Origin: Patescibacteria group bacterium | GTDB lineage: Bacteria > Patescibacteriota > Gracilibacteria > UBA1369 > UBA12470 | NCBI GenBank assembly: GCA_018816885.1 | Contig: JAHIUS010000001.1 | Location: 8,028 to 72,027, forward strand | Reading direction: 5' to 3' | DNA length: 64,000 bases | Shown: positions 38,555 to 45,584 of the stretch, one piece after another | Numbering within the stretch: position 1 is the stretch's first letter | Layout: the number at the start of each line of letters is the position of its first letter | Notes under the pieces: model-generated | The model's database searches: none | Told to the model about the DNA's origin: nothing | The model's input: the letters and a program-made list of their open reading frames with translations, nothing else | Made by a program: the position numbers and the translations under genes

Positions 38555-39603
38555 GAGTTTTTTTGGGTTTTGGGGCAGAGGGTATGGGGCATGAAGTTTT
38601 TCTCCAGTATCTCCATGGTTTCTCCTCCAGCCTTTTTGAACCCGACTTTTTCGTAGCAGCGGATGGCTCTTTTGTTCTCGGGGGAGACTGTTAGGGAGAT
38701 TTTCGAGAGTTTTAATTCTTGAAAGCAATATTTTAAAGCTTCACGGATTGCGGTTGTGCCGTATCCTTTGTCCCAGTAGGATTTTTCGCCGATTATTATG
38801 CCGAGAGAAGGGTCTTTGTCTAAATTGTGGATTCCGATGTTGCCTATGTGGGCGTTTGTTTTTTTGTCGATTATTGCTAGGAGTTTTTCTGTTTTTTTGT
38901 TTAAATTTTCTTCAAACCACTTCTGTTCTTCTTCAAAAGTTTCCGGGAAGGGGCCTGCCATGTGACGGGTGACTTCGGGATCGTTTATCCATTTCCAGCA
39001 TATATCGATGTCGGAGTGGCGGATTGGGCGGAGTAGGATTGAGGGGATAGCAATCTCTTCTAAAAGCTTTTCGAATTTTGTATATCCTGCTTTTTCATTG
39101 AAGTGTCCGGCTCCTCTTATGATATTAACTTTTGTATTTAGGGGTTTAGCGAGATCTTCCGCCAGTTCTAATGGGAAATAGGGGTCATTGTCTGAATGAT
39201 ATATCTGGAAATTTTTGCAGTTTTCTTTGATTTTCTTCCAGTTGAAAGGTTTGGCTACAAATGTTTTTACTAATTCATACCATTCGTTGGTTTTGGGCAG
39301 TGTTTCCGGATTGTATCCGGCTACGAAATAGGCTGATGCAACAGATTTATTTTCGAGGATTGTAAGCAGAAACGGTACCCCGAGGCTGTGTCCGATTACA
39401 ATGGAGTCTTCGTTCAAGAATTCTTCATGTTTTTTGAATACTTTGAGCCAATTTTCGAGTGTATTTCCTTCCGGGGTTGGGAATTTTGGTACAAAAACTT
39501 TGCGACCTCTTTTTTCAAGTTCGTTTTTTAGCCAAGGGAACCAGTTTTCTTCCGGGTGGCCGTATGCACCGTGAATTATGAATATATTAGCTTCCATCTC
39601 CAA
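38551..39603 (-). CDS. Fusion protein: alpha/beta serine hydrolase (YdeN/RBBP9-like) plus GNAT N-acetyltransferase
   Basis: N-terminal half has IIHGAYGHPEENWFPWL...GHSLG...; C-terminal half is RimJ/RimL-like GNAT (WDKGYGTTAIREAL). Confidence 0.7.
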   Translation of the reverse strand: MEMEANIFIIHGAYGHPEENWFPWLKNELEKRGRKVFVPKFPTPEGNTLENWLKVFKKHEEFLNEDSIVIGHSLGVPFLLTILENKSVASAYFVAGYNPETLPKTNEWYELVKTFVAKPFNWKKIKENCKNFQIYHSDNDPYFPLELAEDLAKPLNTKVNIIRGAGHFNEKAGYTKFEKLLEEIAIPSILLRPIRHSDIDICWKWINDPEVTRHMAGPFPETFEEEQKWFEENLNKKTEKLLAIIDKKTNAHIGNIGIHNLDKDPSLGIIIGEKSYWDKGYGTTAIREALKYCFQELKLSKISLTVSPENKRAIRCYEKVGFKKAGGETMEILEKNFMPHTLCPKTQKNS

Positions 39604-40072
39604 CTTTTACTTTTGCCGGTTTTATTGCTTTTCCTTTGAATGCGAAGCCTTTTTCGAGTTCTTCTGTTATTTCGTCTTTGGGGCCGGGGCCTTGCAGGAC
39701 GGCTTCGTGCAGTTCCGGGTTGAGTTGTTCGCCGATGGTTTTGATTTCTTCGAGTCCGAGCTGGGTTAAGGTGTCTATGAGTTGTTTTTCTATCGATTCG
39801 ATGCCTTTGACCCATTCGTTTTCCGCGAGATTTTCCGGGAGGCTTTGGAAGGCTCTTTTCAAATTATCGATTATCGGGAAAAGTGCTTCGAGAAGTTGTA
39901 CGTTTGCGAAGATCCTTAGGTCTGCTTGTTCTTCTTGTATTCTTCTTTTGAAATTCTGAAGGTCGGCGGCTGCTCGCATTGCGGTGTCTTTGAGGGTTTC
40001 GTGTTCTTCTCGGATGCGGGCGAGTTCGAGTTTGATTTCTTGGAGGTCTTGTTTGGGGTCTTTTTGGGTCAT
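39587..40072 (-). CDS. grpE: Nucleotide exchange factor GrpE
   Basis: 161 aa, GrpE-like coiled coil and beta domain. Confidence 0.9.
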   Translation of the reverse strand: MTQKDPKQDLQEIKLELARIREEHETLKDTAMRAAADLQNFKRRIQEEQADLRIFANVQLLEALFPIIDNLKRAFQSLPENLAENEWVKGIESIEKQLIDTLTQLGLEEIKTIGEQLNPELHEAVLQGPGPKDEITEELEKGFAFKGKAIKPAKVKVGDGS

Positions 40073-40083
40073 GGTTTTAGGTT

Positions 40084-40185
40084 GTTAGGGCAGAGGGCAT
40101 CCCCGCCTTGGCGGGGTTCAGGGCATGCGGGCCTTCTCGGCCCTCGGTGGATGTTCCGCTGCGCGGAACGGTTTTTTGTAGTGAG
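40084..40185 (+). repeat. Composite spacer with four module types
   Basis: GGGCAGA units, palindrome 40101-40116, GGGCC-TTCTC-GGCCC hairpin 40129-40143, GTTCCGC hairpin 40153-40169, then TTTTTTGTAGT. Confidence 0.9.
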
Positions 40186-40215
40186 GGCTGCAACCAGGAT
40201 TTTGTCCTGCTGTAG

Positions 40216-40935
40216 CTATTGTAGCATTTTGCTGACTTCTTCAAGCAAGGCTTTGTTGTAGGCGTAAGGCATTCGGATTGGGCCGAGGATTCCCATGAAT
40301 CCTTCGAATCCGTCTACGTTGTATTTGGTGACGACCAGTCCGCAGCTGTCGATTCTGTGGATCAGATTTTCTTCTCCGATGAAGATTTTTACTTCATTGT
40401 TTAGGTTTAAAGCTTCCAGGTTGTCGGCAAAGTACTCTCCTTCTTCGAGAACTTCGATGACTTGGCTGGCTTTCATTGGGTTTTCCTGAAATTCCGGTTG
40501 ACGCAGGATGCTGGAAATTCCGAGGTAGAAAGTTCTTTTTTTATCCGGGATGGTGGCGAAGCTGACGTTTGCGGTTGCTTGTGAAAGCAACGATACTGCG
40601 TCGTAAACTTTTTCTCTGGTTTTGTCTAGTTTGTATTGAGTCTGGAGTTTTTTGAGGTTTAGAAGGGCGAGTTTGCGGGCTTTTTCGAAGTCGGCAAGCT
40701 CTTCAACATACATTCTGTATCCTGCGGCTGTCGGAATTCGTCCTGCCGAAGTGTGGGGTTGGGTAATCAGACCTTCTTTCTCCAAAAAAGCCATGTCGTT
40801 ACGGATGGTTGCGGGGCTGAAGTTGAGTTTGTAACTGACTACTATGGTTTTCGACCCGACAGGTTCGGCGGATCCGACGAACTGCTTGATTATCGCTTGG
40901 AGGATTTTTTGTTTTCTGGGGTCGAGGTTTGGCAT
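40216..40935 (-). CDS. hrcA: Heat-inducible transcription repressor HrcA (short form)
   Basis: 239 aa, N-terminal winged helix (EPVGSKTIV...ATIRNDMAFLEKEGL) and C-terminal HrcA domain. Confidence 0.85.
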   Translation of the reverse strand: MPNLDPRKQKILQAIIKQFVGSAEPVGSKTIVVSYKLNFSPATIRNDMAFLEKEGLITQPHTSAGRIPTAAGYRMYVEELADFEKARKLALLNLKKLQTQYKLDKTREKVYDAVSLLSQATANVSFATIPDKKRTFYLGISSILRQPEFQENPMKASQVIEVLEEGEYFADNLEALNLNNEVKIFIGEENLIHRIDSCGLVVTKYNVDGFEGFMGILGPIRMPYAYNKALLEEVSKMLQ

Positions 40936-40977
40936 TTAGTGAAGTAACGAAGTAGTATTTAGTGAAGTAACAGGTGA

Positions 40978-41006
40978 AGTTTAATTGGTGGTGTTGTGTT
41001 TGACAA
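40978..41006 (-). promoter_or_regulatory. Candidate hrcA promoter
   Basis: Minus-sense TTGTCA, 17 nt, TAAACT. Its -35 overlaps a plus-strand TTGACA (41000-41005) that could serve ORF 41055. Confidence 0.35.
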
Positions 41007-41054
41007 GAGCTCAACCTGTTTGATATGTTGCGATCTTATTTTTTAAAAATATTT

Positions 41055-41759
41055 ATGTCACAAGAAACTCAAAAATCATCTCAAGAAATGCTTGAGAAAA
41101 TACAAGATGATGCGGCGGAGCTTATGGATCTTTTTGATATTGCTCTTAAGGAAGGGGTTTTGGGGGAAGGGAAGGGTTTTCGGGGTAAGGAGAGGTTTAA
41201 TTTGCTTTTTCCTCAAGAGGTTCCTCGTTCGACAAGAGATAGCATGGGCTTCAGGCAGGATTATGATTTTGCGGGGTTTAAATATGAAAGCGAGGTGGCA
41301 AGAATGAGAGACATGTCGAATGATCCTTCGGAGGCTTATGAGCGCAGGGGTGCTTTTTCCGAGGCGTTTAAAGTGTCTTTTGCCAAGAAAAATCGTGAAG
41401 ATGGGGTGGTTTATGATGCTGTTTTTATTGTTAGAACACCTGATGGTGAATATGATCGTTATTGTCTTGATGAGGACAGTGATTTTACTGGGGATTCTAA
41501 ATTTGTCTTGAATTATCCGGATGCGATGCGGAAGTTTGAGGAGTTCCTTTTGTTTGCTGCCGAAGTTTTGAATGAGGAGATGGAGGGTTCGCCATTCCAA
41601 GTGTTGCGAAAACAGATCAGGAATCGTCTTGGAGTTCCTTCTGTTAGTGGTATTATTGATCGGGCTCGAGAGGCGGTTTCCAGTTGTCTTTGTTACGATC
41701 AGATTGTTGCGGCGGAGGTACTTGGGATTCCGGGGAAAGGCAGTGAAGTAGCGAAGTAG
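41055..41759 (+). CDS. Hypothetical protein
   Basis: 234 aa from MSQETQKSS. The last codons (SEVAK stop) are encoded by an AGTGAAGTAGCGAAGTAG repeat word. Confidence 0.55.
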   Translation: MSQETQKSSQEMLEKIQDDAAELMDLFDIALKEGVLGEGKGFRGKERFNLLFPQEVPRSTRDSMGFRQDYDFAGFKYESEVARMRDMSNDPSEAYERRGAFSEAFKVSFAKKNREDGVVYDAVFIVRTPDGEYDRYCLDEDSDFTGDSKFVLNYPDAMRKFEEFLLFAAEVLNEEMEGSPFQVLRKQIRNRLGVPSVSGIIDRAREAVSSCLCYDQIVAAEVLGIPGKGSEVAK

Positions 41760-41860
41760 TATGTAGTGAAGTAGTGCGTGGGATTGTATTTTAAGTAAAA
41801 TTGGGAAATGGGAAAATCCCCAAAAAATAATATTGAGGCTGGAGAGTTTTTAGTTGTTGA

Positions 41861-42868
41861 TTAGGCTTCCGCTTGTCCAATATACGCAGCCAATTCAACG
41901 AGTCTCACCGAATATCCCCATTCGTTGTCGTACCAGGCGAGGACTTTTAGCATATTGCCATCTATCATCATGGTTGAAGGAGCGTCGATAATTGAGGAAA
42001 AATTGCTTTTGATGTAGTCGCTTGAGACGCAAGGTTCTTCGCAGTATTCCAAGATTCCTTTTAGTTCGCCTTGTGCGGCTTCTTTGAAGGCTTTGTTTAC
42101 TTCTTCTTCTGTTGTTTCAGTGCTTAGTTCGCAGACCAGGTCGACGATGGAGACTGTTGGGGTTGGGACTCTTATGGACATTCCGTTAAATTTGCCTTCG
42201 AGTTCCGGGATTACCATTCCGATTGCTTTTGCGGCTCCTGTTGTTGTTGGGATTAGGTTCAAAGCTCCCGCTCTAGCGCGGCGAGGGTCTTTGTGGGAGC
42301 TGTCGATTATATTTTGGTCGTTTGTGTAGGAGTGGATTGTTGTCATTAAACCTTTTACAATGCCGAATTTGTCGTTTAGGACTTTGGCGACGGGGGCGAG
42401 GCAGTTTGTTGTGCAGGATGCGTTTGAGATCAGTTTGTCGGTTTCCGGGTTAAAAGTTTTTTCGTTTACGCCAAGGACAATTGTTCGGTCCAGATCTTTA
42501 CCGGGTGCGCTGATTAGGACTCTTTTTGCTCCGGCCTTGAGGTGTTTTTCTGCGCCTTCACGGGTGCGGAATACTCCTGTTGATTCGACTGCGATATCTA
42601 TTCCGAGCTGTCCCCACGGGAGGTTTTCGGGTTCTCTGTCTCCGAAGACTTTTAATTCTTTTCCATCGATGATTATTGAATTTCCTGAGATTTGGATATC
42701 GGCTTTGAGTGGGCCGTAAACAGAATCGTATTTGAGCAGGTGTGCGAGTTGGTCGATTGGTGATGGGTCGTTGATGGCTACAACTTCAACCAGGTCTGCC
42801 ATGAGGTTTGCGCGGAAAAAAGCGCGTCCGATTCGTCCGAATCCGTTGATTGCAACTCTGGGTTTCAT
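41861..42868 (-). CDS. gap: Glyceraldehyde-3-phosphate dehydrogenase
   Basis: 335 aa, INGFGRIGR, SCTTNCLAP. Confidence 0.97.
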   Translation of the reverse strand: MKPRVAINGFGRIGRAFFRANLMADLVEVVAINDPSPIDQLAHLLKYDSVYGPLKADIQISGNSIIIDGKELKVFGDREPENLPWGQLGIDIAVESTGVFRTREGAEKHLKAGAKRVLISAPGKDLDRTIVLGVNEKTFNPETDKLISNASCTTNCLAPVAKVLNDKFGIVKGLMTTIHSYTNDQNIIDSSHKDPRRARAGALNLIPTTTGAAKAIGMVIPELEGKFNGMSIRVPTPTVSIVDLVCELSTETTEEEVNKAFKEAAQGELKGILEYCEEPCVSSDYIKSNFSSIIDAPSTMMIDGNMLKVLAWYDNEWGYSVRLVELAAYIGQAEA

Positions 42869-42875
42869 TTGGTGA

Positions 42876-42899
42876 GGGGTTAGGGTCTAGGGTTTAGGG
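42876..42899 (+). repeat. GGGG-TTA-GGG-TCTA-GGG-TTTA-GGG array in the gap leader
   Basis: Direct reading; 7-bp period, four G-tracts. Confidence 0.85.
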
Positions 42900-42995
42900 T
42901 AGAGTGGCTAGCGATGGTTATTATAGCGGAAAATTGGGATTTTGAAGGCAGTAAGTCTTGACTATTTTTCAAAACTGTTTTTTAAATATACTGCT

Positions 42996-43487
42996 ATGAA
43001 TTGGAACAAGATTTTAACAATTTTGCAAGAAGGGGGGATTATTACGCATCCAACAGATACGTGTTACGGTCTTGCGTGTGATCCTTTTAATGAAAAGGCT
43101 GCCCGGGAATTGTATGAATTAAAGGGTATGCCGCGGGAAAAACCTTTGACTTGGATGGTGGGTTCGATGGGGGAGGCAATGGCTATCAAGGATTTTTCGC
43201 AGAAAGCTGTTATGTTGGCGAGCGAATGTTGGCCGGGGGATCTTACTTTGGTGATTGATGGGCAGGGGCTCCGTGTTCCGGGGGACGACTTTACTCTTGA
43301 GCTTTTGAAAAGATGGGGAGGGCCGCTTATTACTACGAGTGCTAACTTGAGTGGGGAAGAGGCTCCTTATTCTGCGGATCAGGCTCTTTCTGGAGATTTT
43401 TTGGTGGATTTTGGGAAGATACCGAGAAATAAACCTTCGAGGGTTGTGAGGGTTGAAGGGGATAGGGTGGAGGTGCTGAGGGATTAG
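42996..43487 (+). CDS. tsaC: Threonylcarbamoyl-AMP synthase (YrdC/Sua5 family)
   Basis: 163 aa, THPTDTCYGLACD, SANLSGE. Confidence 0.85.
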   Translation: MNWNKILTILQEGGIITHPTDTCYGLACDPFNEKAARELYELKGMPREKPLTWMVGSMGEAMAIKDFSQKAVMLASECWPGDLTLVIDGQGLRVPGDDFTLELLKRWGGPLITTSANLSGEEAPYSADQALSGDFLVDFGKIPRNKPSRVVRVEGDRVEVLRD

Positions 43488-43517
43488 TGTGTTGAATGTT
43501 CAATTTTCAATTGCGGT

Positions 43518-43544
43518 GTTTTGCTTTTGCAAAACGATTTTTTT
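43518..43544 (+). terminator. Intrinsic terminator after tsaC (GTTTTGC-type hairpin)
   Basis: GTTTTGC, TTTT loop, GCAAAAC, then GATTTTTTT. Confidence 0.7.
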
Positions 43545-43620
43545 GGAAATTAAACATTGAAGATTAAACGGTTTTAAAACTACCTCTACCGTCTTTATTG
43601 CAAGATAATGGCGTGAGTTT

Positions 43621-44091
43621 TTAAAGCAACACCTGCAACCCTGAAATCACTCCTGTTACGGCTAATGTGATTAATGTCCCGCTCAGGATTAGGCCGATGG
43701 TTATCAGGCAGAGGGATTTCCAGAATTCTATTCCGAGTAGAAATGCGATTAATGCGCCGGTCCAGGCTCCGCTTCCTGGTAGTGGGACCATTACGAAGAT
43801 TATGAGGAAGATTTCGCCCCAGACTATGAATTTGTGGGCGTGCTTGGAGTGTGTTTTTTTGAAAAGTTTTTCGAAGAAGTTGTCGAACCATTTGGAGTGT
43901 TTGCGGAACAGGTTCGAGATTGGGCCGAGGAGTTTCAGAATGATGATTGCAACCAAAATATTGCCGAGGATTGCCCAGATCCAGGCGTGGTATGGGTCCA
44001 TCCCGAGTACGCCTACCGCATACGGGATTCCTCCTCTAAGTTCTGTTAGAGGGAGCATTGAGAGCAGGAATGTTAGTAGTTCGTTAGGCAT
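43621..44091 (-). CDS. Small multidrug-export-like membrane protein (COG2426-like)
   Basis: 156 aa from MPNELLTF. The upstream 34 codons of the ORF are just the 14-bp repeat read through. Confidence 0.6.
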   Translation of the reverse strand: MPNELLTFLLSMLPLTELRGGIPYAVGVLGMDPYHAWIWAILGNILVAIIILKLLGPISNLFRKHSKWFDNFFEKLFKKTHSKHAHKFIVWGEIFLIIFVMVPLPGSGAWTGALIAFLLGIEFWKSLCLITIGLILSGTLITLAVTGVISGLQVLL

Positions 44092-44101
44092 TTTTTTTGT
44101 T

Positions 44102-44240
44102 AGTACCAAGTAATGAGTACCAAGTAATGAGTACCAAGTAATGAGTACCAAGTAATGAGTACCAAGTAATGAGTACCAAGTAATGAGTACCAAGTAATGA
44201 GTACCAAGTAATGAGTACCAAGTAATGAGTACCCAGTACC
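44102..44240 (+). repeat. Tandem repeat, 14-bp unit AGTACCAAGTAATG, 9 copies plus a partial copy
   Basis: Direct reading; perfect copies 44102-44227. Confidence 0.95.
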
Positions 44241-44433
44241 TGGTGTTTGGTCAAGGTTTTTTTGTGGCTAGTGTGTGATTTGGGCGTGAAATACTATATG
44301 TTGTGTGCCGTTGAATCGAGGCCTTTGTGTATAAAATTGTTATACAATAAAAATTTTCATGTGCAAGATAATATTCAAGGTTGTTTAACGGGAGTGCAGT
44401 GGTCTTTGATTTTAGATTTTTGATCTTTCATTG

Positions 44434-44462
44434 TTGACCTGATTTTCTTTCTCGGTTAATTT
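44434..44462 (+). promoter_or_regulatory. Candidate rsmH promoter
   Basis: TTGACC, 17 nt, TAATTT. Confidence 0.35.
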
Positions 44463-44534
44463 TGATTCGCGAACTGTGCAAAAAAGTTATACACGGCTTG
44501 TACACAAGTTTTGCACAAAAGAGAACAAAAACAG

Positions 44535-45482
44535 ATGCACATACCGGTACTTAGGAAGGAGATAATCGAACTTTTACAGTTAAAAAAGGGAGACAAGGTA
44601 ATTGATGCAACGCTTGGATTGGGAGGACACAGCGAGGAGATATTGAAGGTGATAGGGAAGAGTGGACATTTGTACGCGTTTGAACAGGATGGGCGTAATC
44701 TGGAAAGAGCTAAGGAAAGGTTAAGAGAGTTTGAGTCACAAGTTACTTATTTCCATACAAATTTCGTTTCTTTGAAAACTTGCCTAGCAGCGGCGGGAAG
44801 CTCCGAAAGAGCGGTCCAGCCGCCAAGTATACGCGTTGATGCGATTTTATTCGATCTTGGGCTTTCTTCTCCTCATGTGGATGACTCTTCTCGCGGATTT
44901 TCTTTTCGAGAGGATGGGCCTCTGGATATGAGGTTTGATTCTAGAGAAGATTTGACTGCTGCCGATATTGTTAACAGGTGGCCGGAACCTGATTTGGTCG
45001 AAATTTTTTCCAAATATGGAGAGGAAAGGGCTTCCAAAAAGGTTGCTGCCGGGATAGTTGCAAGGCGTAAGGAAAAACATTTTGAGACGACTCTGGATTT
45101 GGCGGGTTTTATCAGAGAGTTGAAGCAGAAGTTTCCTTCCAAAAAGGATCACGCAACACAGGTATTTCAAGCACTGAGGATGGCTGTCAATGATGAGGTT
45201 TCTGTTCTGGAGGAGGTTTTGCCCCAAGCTATCGAGGTCCTGAAGCCGGGCGGGAGGCTGGCGGTGATTTCTTACCACTCGATTGAGGATAGGATTGTGA
45301 AAAACATCTTCAGAGATTATTCGAAAGATCTGGATGACCCGAATGAGCCTCTGATTAATAAAGTTATTAGAGAGAAACAGGTTGAAATTATCACAAAAAA
45401 ACCAATTGTTCCGACAGAAGAAGAGATTTCCGAGAATCCAAGAGCCAGAAGCGCAAAACTTCGCATAATAGGCAAGATTTAA
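44535..45482 (+). CDS. rsmH: 16S rRNA (cytosine1402-N4)-methyltransferase
   Basis: Start at MHIPVL; DATLGLGGHS motif. Confidence 0.93.
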   Translation: MHIPVLRKEIIELLQLKKGDKVIDATLGLGGHSEEILKVIGKSGHLYAFEQDGRNLERAKERLREFESQVTYFHTNFVSLKTCLAAAGSSERAVQPPSIRVDAILFDLGLSSPHVDDSSRGFSFREDGPLDMRFDSREDLTAADIVNRWPEPDLVEIFSKYGEERASKKVAAGIVARRKEKHFETTLDLAGFIRELKQKFPSKKDHATQVFQALRMAVNDEVSVLEEVLPQAIEVLKPGGRLAVISYHSIEDRIVKNIFRDYSKDLDDPNEPLINKVIREKQVEIITKKPIVPTEEEISENPRARSAKLRIIGKI

Positions 45483-45584
45483 AAAAAATTATGGACATAA
45501 AAATTTTTTCAATAACATTATCACTAATATTCCTCGTTAAAGATCTATTCTACGCAGGTCTGGAGGAGGAAGCAGAAACAACAA

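Noticed and set aside
42876-42899. Telomere-like TTAGGG/TTTAGGG repeats
   Set aside because: Only three to four units are present, embedded in the leader of gap between ordinary genes. This is one instance of the general 7-bp G-tract arrays, not a chromosome end.
44102-44240. Possible CRISPR array (also considered for 56380-56570 and 26994-27061)
   Set aside because: The repeats are directly tandem with no unique spacers. Units are 14 bp or 74 bp, and no cas genes are present.
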